Shown here one piece after another: positions 15,890 to 25,879 of a DNA stretch of 52,889 bases. Every line of letters begins with the position of its first letter. Position 1 is the stretch's first letter. The stretch covers positions 1-52,889 of the forward strand of contig DBHI01000108.1 in assembly GCA_002296125.1 (NCBI GenBank). The letters run 5' to 3'. The position numbers and the translations under genes are program-made. Below the pieces are notes generated by a model. The model was not told the DNA's origin. It did not search any database and was given only the letters and a program-made list of their open reading frames with translations. Origin of the DNA: Anaerolineales bacterium UBA832 (lineage in GTDB: Bacteria; Chloroflexota; Anaerolineae; Anaerolineales; UBA11657).

Positions 15890-17593
15890 GTGATGAAATT
15901 AGTTTACAATGTTATTGTTTTTAGCATTTCTATTATATTTGCTGTGTCTTGCAATGGTAGTAGTCAAGTTGTTTCTGATCCTCTACCAACTTTTGTGCCA
16001 CCAGGCATTAGATTGAACCCATCAGTTGATAAAGACACAAAAGTTGCATTGAAGGTAGAGAAAAATTTGGGTGTAATTGCTAATTACAATTTTGATGTCT
16101 CATTAGATTATGTAGGACATCGTATACAAGTTACACAACTTATTGAGGTATTGAATCCAGGCCCAGATGTTTGGAATGAATTGGTTTTTTATTTACCGAA
16201 AGACTTGCAATCAGATAGATTTGTACTGAGCACTGTTGGTATACAGGATGGGATTGAATCATCTGCTACTCAGATGCAAGTAACAAAAGATGGTTTTCTT
16301 GTATTTCAATTATCTAAATATATTGAACCTAATCAATCTCGTATAGTTACGATTACATATGGTTTAGAAGCGCTGCAAGTTGATTTACAATCTTTAAGTC
16401 CAATTGGTGATGTTGGTTATAGTGAAAACGTTCTTCAATTTGTGCATTGGTATCCCATTTTAGTGCCATACAAACCTGGTGTGGGTTGGATTAGATGGTC
16501 TAATATAAATTCTATTTGGTCAATTTTGACGGAAATTAGTGACTATAATTTGTTGGTAAGATCTCCTGAAGGGGTGCTTGTAGCTAGTGGTGGTCCTTCG
16601 GAGCGTAGGGGGAACGAGTGGTATTTTGTGATGCAAAATGTACGACATATTGCATTTAGTGCTAGTCCCAACTATGAATTGAAAACACGCACGACTGCTG
16701 GTGTAACTATATATCTTTTTCATTTAATAGGTGATGGTTTTGCCGGTGATGCTGTCCTCAATGCAGTTAGTAGATCATTAGTGATGTTTAATGACAGATA
16801 TGGATATTATCCCTATACTAGTCTTGTAGTTGCACAAAACCATTATCGTTCAAGTATGGCTTCGGGCGGAATATTACTACATTCAGGATCTGGTTTTGAT
16901 ACTTATAGTGGTCAACCTGATTCTTTATTAACAGTTCTTGTACCATTAACTCTTTCTGAGATTTGGTGGGGTCAACTAGTAGGATATGATCGTATTGTTG
17001 AACCATGGATTGGTGCATCTTTGGCAATGTATTCTGAATATATGTACTATGAAGAATATTTTCCAGAATTAACAGAATGGTTTTGGACAGATCGGATAGA
17101 TTACTGGAATCCACAAGGTAGTTTAAATAGTACTGTTTATGAAATTAATAATAAACAGAGTTTAATGCAGAATACTTATCGTATAGGAGCTCGTTTTTTA
17201 CATGAAGTGAACAACAATATAGGAAGTAGTGCTTTTCGTAGTTTTACGAGGGATTTATATAGAAATAACGCGTTTAGGATGTTGGATACTCAGACATTTT
17301 TTGATATGTTGGCTAAATATCTTGGGTCTGATACAAACAGTATAAAAATGCGTTATTTTGATGAAAATATTGTTATACCTACATTGTCACCTCCTTTAAC
17401 ACCTATTTTTGATCTTAGTCAATCACCTACTGCTACGCCTGTTCAAAGGATTCATGAGGTAATTTCTGGTGATACTTTGGTAAGTATTTCAATCCAATAT
17501 GAGGTACCTATGCAAATGATAATTGATAGAAATCGGATAAGTGATGCATCACAAATTGTTGTTGGTAGTAGATTAATTATTCCTTACCCTTAA
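15890..17593 (+). CDS. secreted lipoprotein, M1-aminopeptidase-like domain with degenerate catalytic motifs plus a C-terminal LysM domain
   Basis: Signal peptide with lipobox FAVSC. TLSEIWWGQLVG...EPWIGASLAMYSE aligns by eye to the M1 pattern HExxHxWFGN...WLNEGFAxY but lacks the His/Glu ligands. The C-terminal HEVISGDTLVSISIQYEVPMQMIIDRNRI....VGSRLIIP is LysM. Confidence 0.65.
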   Translation: MMKLVYNVIVFSISIIFAVSCNGSSQVVSDPLPTFVPPGIRLNPSVDKDTKVALKVEKNLGVIANYNFDVSLDYVGHRIQVTQLIEVLNPGPDVWNELVFYLPKDLQSDRFVLSTVGIQDGIESSATQMQVTKDGFLVFQLSKYIEPNQSRIVTITYGLEALQVDLQSLSPIGDVGYSENVLQFVHWYPILVPYKPGVGWIRWSNINSIWSILTEISDYNLLVRSPEGVLVASGGPSERRGNEWYFVMQNVRHIAFSASPNYELKTRTTAGVTIYLFHLIGDGFAGDAVLNAVSRSLVMFNDRYGYYPYTSLVVAQNHYRSSMASGGILLHSGSGFDTYSGQPDSLLTVLVPLTLSEIWWGQLVGYDRIVEPWIGASLAMYSEYMYYEEYFPELTEWFWTDRIDYWNPQGSLNSTVYEINNKQSLMQNTYRIGARFLHEVNNNIGSSAFRSFTRDLYRNNAFRMLDTQTFFDMLAKYLGSDTNSIKMRYFDENIVIPTLSPPLTPIFDLSQSPTATPVQRIHEVISGDTLVSISIQYEVPMQMIIDRNRISDASQIVVGSRLIIPYP

Positions 17594-17613
17594 AACTAAC
17601 AATTACTAACGAT

Positions 17614-18432
17614 TTATTTGTCTTTTTGAAGAAGAGGTGATATTTCATCCCAGATCTGGGGACTCGATGTAGCTAGAGTAGGTATAGCAGTGTTCATATA
17701 ATCAATATTGTTTCTAGTGGGGAATAGAGGTTGATCTTTTATTGCATCAATTTTTCCTCCTGCTTCTTTGATTATCAAGTATGCACCTGCTATATCCCAT
17801 ATTTTTGGTTTTGGTAAAATGCTAAATATAGCATTACCATTTGCAACCAAATATAGTTCATATATTGTGGATCCAAATGTGCGTCGTTTAGCTCCTAAAC
17901 TATTTTTAATATTATAGTGGCGTTCAGTTCCTGAAGTACATGTAAATATTGAAGAACGGTTTATTGTAAGGAATTGTTTAGTTGAAATTGGTCTGTCATT
18001 GACAAATGCACCTTGACCAATAGATGCATAGCATAATATATCTAATATAGGGAAGTTTAATACTGAAATAGAAGGGATTCCATTGATTAATTTTGAGATT
18101 GATACTCCCCATATTGGTAATCCTTGGCTGTAGTTGGTGCTTCCATCAAGCGGATCGACTATCCATAAATTGTTTACATGTGATTTGAAGTCACGTGTTG
18201 ATTCCTCACTGAGAATATTATCTGTTGGATAATTGTAATGGATTTGCTCGTAGATAAATTCGTCAGTTTCTTTGTCAGCTCTAGTGAAAGTTGTACCATC
18301 TATTTTTGTGCTTATATAGTCATTGTGTGATAATTCAGTGATTAGTCGTCCTGCTTTTAATGCTAATGCTTTAGCAAAAGTTAGGTTTTCTTCAAGTTTT
18401 TGTTTGTGATCAGTTTGCATGATATGTCTCAC
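17614..18432 (-). CDS. inositol monophosphatase family protein
   Basis: WIVDPLDGSTNY and WDIAGAYLIIKEAGG are IMPase/SuhB family signatures. Confidence 0.85.
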   Translation of the reverse strand: MRHIMQTDHKQKLEENLTFAKALALKAGRLITELSHNDYISTKIDGTTFTRADKETDEFIYEQIHYNYPTDNILSEESTRDFKSHVNNLWIVDPLDGSTNYSQGLPIWGVSISKLINGIPSISVLNFPILDILCYASIGQGAFVNDRPISTKQFLTINRSSIFTCTSGTERHYNIKNSLGAKRRTFGSTIYELYLVANGNAIFSILPKPKIWDIAGAYLIIKEAGGKIDAIKDQPLFPTRNNIDYMNTAIPTLATSSPQIWDEISPLLQKDK

Positions 18433-18471
18433 ATTTTTATATAGTACTACTAAGTTGATTATCTTTTCCTA

Positions 18472-19617
18472 TCAATGTGACATTACTACACCAACTGGAT
18501 ACAGAGTATCAGTGACTTGAATTGTAGGTTTATGATACTCTAAAACGTCTTCTAGACGTCTATAACAATGAGGAGACTCATCAGGACTTCCACCTTCTAG
18601 GTGAATGTTTTTATCTTTCATCCATTTATGCATCATATTGTATGAAATTGTACCTCCTATTCTTTTACCGCTTCTATACTTTCCTGCAGCTTTTGTACGA
18701 GATATAACTCTTCCTGCTCCGTGAATAGTACTATGTAGAGCTTTTTTGCTTTCTAAAGAATCTAATCCTTTTACAATTACTGATATGTCACCCATGCTAC
18801 CTCCTATAAAACATTTTTGTTGGGGGTGAGCAGGAGTGGCTCCTTTGCGTACAATCCATAGGTGTTTATGATTATGTTTTTCATACCACGCATAGTTATG
18901 ATGATTGTGGATTTCTTCTAAGATATTTGCTCCTAACATAGAAGTTATTTTGTTGCATACCCAGTTACGTCCGGCATAAGCATATTTACCTGCAAGTTTC
19001 ATGGCAGCAAGATAATCTTGGGCGAGATTATCATTTACGTCTAATACTACTGGATAAATATCGTTGGGTTTTCCGCCGGCTGCTTTAATGTAATGAGTAG
19101 CAATTTGGTATCCTAATCCTCGAGAACCAAAATGTACACCTAGCCATATTCTATTCTTGTTGTCTACGAAAAGATCAACGTAATGGTTTCCTCCACCTAT
19201 AGTACCTAGTTGATTAGCAGCCAATTTTTTCCATTTTAGTAGAGGTTTGATTTTCCATGTATTATCATGAAATAAGTCATGCTCTGGTGCATTTTTGTTA
19301 GTCCCACCAACACCAAAAGAGATGTTTTTTGTTATATCTTTTAGAATTTTTGAAATATTATTGCGGATTTCTTCTGCTGATATATCAAGACGTACTGCTT
19401 TGTTTCCACATGCGATGTCATATCCTACTCCTGTTGGTGAAATTGCATCTTCATACGCTATGATACCGCCTATTGGCTGTATATATCCAAGATGATGGTC
19501 AGCCATTAAGGCACCGGAAACTGCTCTTTCATGTTCTAAGCAATTTTTGAGTTGTGCAACAGCATTAGTGTTTGGGATACCCCAAACGGGTATAGATTCA
19601 TGTAAAACAAAGGTCAT
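18472..19617 (-). CDS. rtcB: RtcB-family RNA 3'-phosphate ligase
   Basis: ADHHLGY, DIACGN, GGGNHY, HFGSRGLG and HNHHNYA are the RtcB metal/GTP-binding motif series. This is a short form (381 aa). Confidence 0.85.
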   Translation of the reverse strand: MTFVLHESIPVWGIPNTNAVAQLKNCLEHERAVSGALMADHHLGYIQPIGGIIAYEDAISPTGVGYDIACGNKAVRLDISAEEIRNNISKILKDITKNISFGVGGTNKNAPEHDLFHDNTWKIKPLLKWKKLAANQLGTIGGGNHYVDLFVDNKNRIWLGVHFGSRGLGYQIATHYIKAAGGKPNDIYPVVLDVNDNLAQDYLAAMKLAGKYAYAGRNWVCNKITSMLGANILEEIHNHHNYAWYEKHNHKHLWIVRKGATPAHPQQKCFIGGSMGDISVIVKGLDSLESKKALHSTIHGAGRVISRTKAAGKYRSGKRIGGTISYNMMHKWMKDKNIHLEGGSPDESPHCYRRLEDVLEYHKPTIQVTDTLYPVGVVMSH

Positions 19618-19652
19618 GATGTGAGAATTTTATCTTAATTGAATTACTTCAA

Positions 19653-20984
19653 TTATGGAGTATCCCTATTAATCATTCGAGGATAAGGGCTAGTTTCTCG
19701 TATATGATCAACACCACATATCCATGAAACAGTACGTTCTATTCCCATTCCAAATCCCGCATGTGGAATGCTGCCAAATTTTCTTAAGTCTAAATACCAG
19801 TTGTAGTTTTCAATAGGTAGGTTATGATCCTTAATTCTGTTTACAAGAGTATCGTAATCATGTATACGTTCTGAACCACCTATAATTTCTCCATATCCTT
19901 CAGGTGCTAGAAGATCAGCTGAATAACATACTTCAGGTCTGTTTTCAACCTCTGGCATGTAGAATGCTTTCACTTCGGTAGGGTAGTGCGTGACAAAAAT
20001 GGGTTTGTCGTATAATTTTGTTAGTGCAGTTTCGTGTGGTGCGCCAAAGTCATCACCCCACTCAATATCGATGAGTGTTTTTTCATCTGTATCATCTTTT
20101 TCAGTTTTGATTTGGATAAGTTTTTGAATGGCGTCATCATAGGTTATCCTGGGAAAAGGAGGAACGACACGTTTTAGTTTATTAATATCTCTTTTAAGTA
20201 TTTCTAGTTCATTTGTACATTGATTTATACATGATTGTACTATGTGACTAACAAACTGTTCTTCTATTTCTAATAATTGCACTAGATCACAATAAGCAAT
20301 TTCAGGTTCTACCATCCAGAATTCTGTAACATGTTTACGAGTTTTAGATTTTTCCGCTCTGAAAGTTGGTCCAAATGCATATACCTTTCCAAATGACATA
20401 ATATTAGCTTCATTGTATAGTTGACCTGTTTGAGATAAATATGATGTCTTACCAAAATAGTCCAGTTCAAATAGTGTGGATGTACCTTCCGCTGCAGCAG
20501 GTGTAATTATTGGTGTTGAAATTTCTAAAAAGCCGTTTTGGTCTAACCATTCTCGTGCTGAGCGCATTACACATGCTCTTATTCGGAGTATTGCCCATTG
20601 ACGGGGTGCTCTTATCCATAAATGTCTTCGGTCCAAAAGGAAATCAACACCATGATTTTTTGGGGTAATAGGGTATTCATTAACAGATTGTAATATTTGA
20701 ATGTTAGTGACTCCTATTTCGAATCCCCCAGGTATTCCAGGAGCTCTTTCATCTTTGCGAACAACTCCTGTAATTAGGACAGAAGACTCTTGAGTGAGTT
20801 GTTGTGCAAAATCAAAAACCTTGTTACTTACATCATTTTGAAAAACTACGCATTGCACAATCCCTGTGCCATCTCGCAATTGGATAAAATTTATTTTTCC
20901 TTTACCAGTTTTGTTGTGAATCCATCCTTGTACTATTATTTCTTTGTCAATATATGCAGAAATATCGTTGATTTGAATGATCAT
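19653..20984 (-). CDS. asnS: asparagine--tRNA ligase
   Basis: Class IIb N-terminal OB domain (FIQLRDGTG). The C-terminus GGSERIHDYD...NWYLDLRKFGSIPHAGFGMGIERTV...PYPR is the AsnRS-type WYLDLR motif. Confidence 0.85.
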   Translation of the reverse strand: MIIQINDISAYIDKEIIVQGWIHNKTGKGKINFIQLRDGTGIVQCVVFQNDVSNKVFDFAQQLTQESSVLITGVVRKDERAPGIPGGFEIGVTNIQILQSVNEYPITPKNHGVDFLLDRRHLWIRAPRQWAILRIRACVMRSAREWLDQNGFLEISTPIITPAAAEGTSTLFELDYFGKTSYLSQTGQLYNEANIMSFGKVYAFGPTFRAEKSKTRKHVTEFWMVEPEIAYCDLVQLLEIEEQFVSHIVQSCINQCTNELEILKRDINKLKRVVPPFPRITYDDAIQKLIQIKTEKDDTDEKTLIDIEWGDDFGAPHETALTKLYDKPIFVTHYPTEVKAFYMPEVENRPEVCYSADLLAPEGYGEIIGGSERIHDYDTLVNRIKDHNLPIENYNWYLDLRKFGSIPHAGFGMGIERTVSWICGVDHIRETSPYPRMINRDTP

Positions 20985-21023
20985 TTTATTTTCTCTGAAC
21001 TTATATATATAATTATAATCATA

Positions 21024-24000
21024 TTATTTATTGTTAATCAATTTTAGTCTATCTTTTATTGATTTTGGCAGTAAATCAAGCATCAGACGTTTTTCATGTT
21101 GATTGAATACATCAACATATAATACTATGGAAAGATACGAGAATATACCTATTATAATACTTAACAAAATGCTTATTCTTGATAACGTAATGATTACAGT
21201 AACCAATAATGTTGCTGCCATGAGTATTCGTCCAAACAATTTACTAAATGGTGTAGGACTTAGTTGTTTGTAAACTGTGGATTGAAATAATATTCCAAGT
21301 AGTAGTTCTGATAAAATTGTTGAAATAGCAGCAGCATAGAAACCATATATAGGTATGAAAATTATATTGACTACAATATTAAATATTGTGGCTATAAGGA
21401 ATGCGTTAGTCAACTTTCGTACTTGATTGATTGCAACTAATAGATAATTTGTAACGCTATTGATCCATCCGAAAGGAATTGACCAGACCATGATTTGTAG
21501 AGCTATTGCTCCTGTTGGAAGGAATTCTTCGCCTCCTAGAATGGTTATAAGAAACGGTGCTAGTGTGCTAGTTATTATGGCAATAGGAATTGCTATTACG
21601 AAAAGTAACTTGATCGCAAAATGATAGGTATTTATTAGCGACTTTTTATCTGTGTTAGCTTGTTGACTCATTAGTGGAAATATTGCAAAAGTAAAAAACG
21701 ATGGAACAATATTAAATGCTTCAATAAATTTATATGCAGTACTATAGCGACCTACTTCTGATTGTCCACGCATAGTTCTAATCATTGGAATATCTACTTT
21801 AAAGAATAAGGTAGCTAACAAATGATTTATCATAAGAGGGAAAGATTCACTAACCATTTGTTTTTGAAGATCCAGGTTAAATTCTGTTTGTGGTTTGAAA
21901 AATAGTTTTCTAATAATAACTATAAGAGCTGTTAAGGTTAATATATTTACAATGATGCTGGCACCAGCAAGCCCAACAAATCCATATCCTAATATGAGAG
22001 CGATTAATCCCAGTATGACTTTTAAGATAGTGCTAAAACTACTAATTGCAGCTGGATATTCAGCTTTTTCAAATGCGTAGAATACAGCTGTGATTCCAGT
22101 AGATATGGTTGAAAATAACATACCAATACTCAGGAGTACAATTGCTAAAATGGTATTTTGACCTAGTAGTCCTGAATTAATTTCATAAAGATAAATTACT
22201 CCTAGAAAGATTGGCATCGTTATTAATAACAAACCAATTCTCAAAATAGTACTATTTGCAAAAAATTGGTTGATATTGGCGAGATTTTTTGATGCTTCGC
22301 GTGTTAGCCAGGTGTTGAGACCAAAGTTTGCCCAAATTTCAAGCCAACCAACTAGTACTATTGCTGTTGCATAATTGCCTGCTTCAGCTGGACCTAGCAT
22401 TCTTAGGTAAAACATGGCAAATATGAAATCTACACTGCGATTGAGTAAGTTAAATCCCATAGGGGCTATGCTATTTTTTGCTATAGTATTGAGTCGAGAT
22501 AATCTTTTGTTCTTATAAGATATATGCCAAATCCATATAAAAAACAAAATTATCAGTGAAATAATAGAGATTGCTGAAATTACACTTCCTATTCTAAAAG
22601 ATAATGGGCTATATATTAATCTGATTGTATGTGATCCTTTTTCGAGAGGAATTGCTCTAAAATTACCGTGTGCTCTCAGTATTATTGATTTTGTTTCTGA
22701 TATTTGCTGAGTATTTTGGACATATGCTTGCCATCCATTATCAAAAGAATCTGTAATTACTACGTAACCGGGTTGAGACATTTCAGTGTATATTTCAAGT
22801 TTGTTAGACTTAGTAGAGGTAATTTTTGCTTTACCTATATTACAATCTGTTCGATTTGATGTGTTAGAGGAATTGCTATTGCTAATATTGTCTGCAGATT
22901 CTAGGACTAGAAAATGGTGTGGATCGTATTCTGTCAAATCAAGATCATTATTATGATTGAATACAATACAACTTTCTGGTAGTGTGTATACCCTTGGTAA
23001 GACTTTGTTGTTTTCATAGATAAACAATTCGTTTTCATATATTAGTGTGAATTTTTCCGAGTTGTCAATGTTTTGATTTGTAACAATATATTTCACATTT
23101 AACAAATCGAGTAGTGGCGAGTGCAGACCTTTCCAAGTGGTGATTGGTGATATTCTATTATATTGAAGAAGGTTTTGTGGTTCTATTAAGTTCATATAAT
23201 CAACATATTGTTTTGGTATGATAGAGTCATATCCTCGTATGTCTTTCATTCTAAAAAGCCAAGCTGAATTCGCATTAAGTATTTTGTCTCCATTTGGATC
23301 ATATGTGGTAAATCTCCAGTGACTTTTGTCTTTTTCCAAGAACTCTATGATGTCTGGTTTGTAATTTAGAATGTCCGGATTGCTGTTTGAATTAAAACCA
23401 TAACCAGCAAATATCAGATCAGTTACCAAAATTAACCATGCTATAAATTTCCATTTGGAGTGTGTAGCTGTATTAATCTTTTGTACAATCCATCCACTAA
23501 GTACTAATAGTATTGCACATTGTAGTATCCATCTGGCTTCATAGGAGAAAAACATTTGTGTTCCGGAAAATATAGTACTAGCACCAGATAATTCAGATAA
23601 GAGTGTTGATAGGATAGGATCAATTTCATTGAAAAATATGTAACTTACAAATAGACTTGCCAATAAAATAATACCGGAAAATATACTAATTTTAGATATA
23701 GTGTTAGCTGTTTTATGTAAATATCTTTGATTAAAATTTACAAAAGATTGGATGGTTGATGCTGATAGTAGAGATATACACAAACTTAATGGCCAAGACC
23801 AACGAAAAGGAGAATGTAATTGATCTAACGATGGTAAGTAGTATATTAATGCATACAGTGGAGTACCGAATATAAATCCCAAACATAAGATAGTCATTAT
23901 TAACCAAAATCCTACGTCAGACAATTGTTTTGTGGGAGATGTTTTTCTAGAAATATAGTTTATCAAAGCAATTATCGTTAGTAATATTGGTAGAATTCCT

Positions 24001-25097
24001 AGATAAATTCCTCCTTCTACATAGTTTTTTATTCCCCAATCTATAGTATTTGTATTTTCTCCATGACTGTTTTTGGTAACATTTTTCCAGTCCCAGGAGA
24101 ACATGTCCAAATATTGATGGTGTGTAGGGTTTCCGAAGAAATTGGGAACTAACATAGTTATTATTCGTCTGTAAGGATAGCCCCATTGTTGTACTTCCGA
24201 TAGGCTCGCTGATTCTTCACGAAAATTGTTGCTAGCTGCTTCAATCAGTGGAAATAGCTGTATAGCACTTAAGAGGAGTCCAAAACTAACAATTAAACAT
24301 ATAAGCAATAACATATTGATTAACATTTTGAAATCTATTATTTTCTTTAATAGTAATTTCAGTAAATGCCAGGATGAATAACTCGCTACAATGAGTAGAG
24401 AATAAGCAACAACTTCTGGATGACCAGCTAGTATTTGTAAACCAATTGCTATAGCACCTATACATATCCAAGGTATATGGGATGTCTTACCTAATATGGT
24501 GCGTTTATATATTAATCCGTCTATTGACAATAGTATTGTTGGGAGCCAGGCGGCACCTGCGACTATCATTGGAAAGACTGCACTAACTATCATGAATAAG
24601 CTTATTTGATATATTGTTGATGCAGTTAAGCAACTCCACTTGTCAAATTTCAGTGATCTACAGAATAAATACATGCTTATTCCTGCAATAATATATTGTG
24701 ATAGGATGAACCATCCATATGCTTTAGAAATTGGCAAAATATGAAACAATATACTAAATGGATATAACATGGAATGTTGTGCATTTGCTAAGAATGGGGT
24801 TCCACCAAATAAATAAGGGTTCCATAGAGGAATCTCTTTTGCATTTAATGATTCGCTAATAAAGTTTTGCCATACATAATTTTGTAAAACTAAATCGGAA
24901 AGCAAAGCATTGTGAGGGGGTTGATCAGATTGTAATATATCAATATCAGACGAAGATTTCCAGGGCTCAAATTCAATAAGGTTTTCAGTGGGTACAAGTG
25001 TGTTTTTTCCAATAGTGACATTTGCAAATATCAAAATTGGTGGCAGTATGAGTGCCAAAGGTACAAATAGTTTTTGTACAACTTTTAGTAGATTCAC
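21024..25097 (-). CDS. fusion protein: N-terminal YfhO-type GT-C glycosyltransferase-like membrane domain plus C-terminal MOP-superfamily (Wzx-like) polysaccharide flippase domain
   Basis: 1357 aa. Residues ~1-862 (22512-25097) are polytopic with LWNPYLFGGTPFLANAQHSMLYPF and a large extracytoplasmic segment before a final TM, which is YfhO-like. Residues ~866-1357 (21027-22500) have 12 or more TMs beginning NRSVDFIFAMFYLRMLGPAEAGNYA, the Wzx/polysaccharide-biosynthesis-protein pattern. Confidence 0.75.
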   Translation of the reverse strand: MNLLKVVQKLFVPLALILPPILIFANVTIGKNTLVPTENLIEFEPWKSSSDIDILQSDQPPHNALLSDLVLQNYVWQNFISESLNAKEIPLWNPYLFGGTPFLANAQHSMLYPFSILFHILPISKAYGWFILSQYIIAGISMYLFCRSLKFDKWSCLTASTIYQISLFMIVSAVFPMIVAGAAWLPTILLSIDGLIYKRTILGKTSHIPWICIGAIAIGLQILAGHPEVVAYSLLIVASYSSWHLLKLLLKKIIDFKMLINMLLLICLIVSFGLLLSAIQLFPLIEAASNNFREESASLSEVQQWGYPYRRIITMLVPNFFGNPTHHQYLDMFSWDWKNVTKNSHGENTNTIDWGIKNYVEGGIYLGILPILLTIIALINYISRKTSPTKQLSDVGFWLIMTILCLGFIFGTPLYALIYYLPSLDQLHSPFRWSWPLSLCISLLSASTIQSFVNFNQRYLHKTANTISKISIFSGIILLASLFVSYIFFNEIDPILSTLLSELSGASTIFSGTQMFFSYEARWILQCAILLVLSGWIVQKINTATHSKWKFIAWLILVTDLIFAGYGFNSNSNPDILNYKPDIIEFLEKDKSHWRFTTYDPNGDKILNANSAWLFRMKDIRGYDSIIPKQYVDYMNLIEPQNLLQYNRISPITTWKGLHSPLLDLLNVKYIVTNQNIDNSEKFTLIYENELFIYENNKVLPRVYTLPESCIVFNHNNDLDLTEYDPHHFLVLESADNISNSNSSNTSNRTDCNIGKAKITSTKSNKLEIYTEMSQPGYVVITDSFDNGWQAYVQNTQQISETKSIILRAHGNFRAIPLEKGSHTIRLIYSPLSFRIGSVISAISIISLIILFFIWIWHISYKNKRLSRLNTIAKNSIAPMGFNLLNRSVDFIFAMFYLRMLGPAEAGNYATAIVLVGWLEIWANFGLNTWLTREASKNLANINQFFANSTILRIGLLLITMPIFLGVIYLYEINSGLLGQNTILAIVLLSIGMLFSTISTGITAVFYAFEKAEYPAAISSFSTILKVILGLIALILGYGFVGLAGASIIVNILTLTALIVIIRKLFFKPQTEFNLDLQKQMVSESFPLMINHLLATLFFKVDIPMIRTMRGQSEVGRYSTAYKFIEAFNIVPSFFTFAIFPLMSQQANTDKKSLINTYHFAIKLLFVIAIPIAIITSTLAPFLITILGGEEFLPTGAIALQIMVWSIPFGWINSVTNYLLVAINQVRKLTNAFLIATIFNIVVNIIFIPIYGFYAAAISTILSELLLGILFQSTVYKQLSPTPFSKLFGRILMAATLLVTVIITLSRISILLSIIIGIFSYLSIVLYVDVFNQHEKRLMLDLLPKSIKDRLKLINNK

Positions 25098-25834
25098 GAA
25101 TAACGGTCAGTATGTGTAAGTTTGCGATGTCGTTGCCCTACTTGTATAGTACGCCATACTGCTTCGAGCTTGATTTTTTGTGACATCTTAGAACGTCCTA
25201 TACGTCTATCTTCAAAATATATGGGTGTCTCATGTACTTTGTATTCTAGTTTTTCGGTAAGATATGCCATTTCAACTTGAAACACATATCCATTTGAACG
25301 TACTCTAGGCAATCCAATTCCAATCAAAGTATTTCGACGCCAAATTTTAAATCCTGCAGTTACATCTTTGACTTGTAATCCTAGAAGTATTTTAGCATAT
25401 ATGCTGTTAGCAAAAATACTGAGCAATTTGCGTCCCAATCCCCAATGTTCATCTAATCTTCCTCCTTTCACATATCTTGATCCTACTACTACATCATTAC
25501 TAGATAATAGATCTAACATTTTAGGCAGATATCTGGGTGAGTGTGAAAAATCACAGTCCATTTGGACTATTGCTTCTACGTTTGTTTGCAAAACATGAGT
25601 AAAGCCTGTGATATACGCACTGCCTAATCCTCGTTCGCCTATCCTATGCATCACTTCAATTTGTTGTGGATATTCTTTAGCAAGTTCGTCAGCAATTTGA
25701 CCTGTCCCATCTGGAGAGTTGTCATCAACAATCAATAATTTTATTTGAGGAATATTGAGCGACAGCAATGCCATAACCATCTTTTCTATGTTTTCAGATT
25801 CGTTATATGTAGGCAGTACGACGGCTATATTCAT
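25094..25834 (-). CDS. GT2 polyprenol-phosphate sugar (mannose/glucose) synthase, Ppm1/DPM1-like
   Basis: VVLPTYNESENI, IVDDNSPDGT, VVQMDCDFSH and the C-terminal YFEDRRIGRSKM are typical of dolichol/polyprenol-P mannosyltransferases. The stop overlaps the next gene's start by 4 nt. Confidence 0.85.
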   Translation of the reverse strand: MNIAVVLPTYNESENIEKMVMALLSLNIPQIKLLIVDDNSPDGTGQIADELAKEYPQQIEVMHRIGERGLGSAYITGFTHVLQTNVEAIVQMDCDFSHSPRYLPKMLDLLSSNDVVVGSRYVKGGRLDEHWGLGRKLLSIFANSIYAKILLGLQVKDVTAGFKIWRRNTLIGIGLPRVRSNGYVFQVEMAYLTEKLEYKVHETPIYFEDRRIGRSKMSQKIKLEAVWRTIQVGQRHRKLTHTDRYS

Positions 25835-25879
25835 GGTTTTATAGGTGCAATTTAGTTAACCATATTGTGTTTTGTATTT

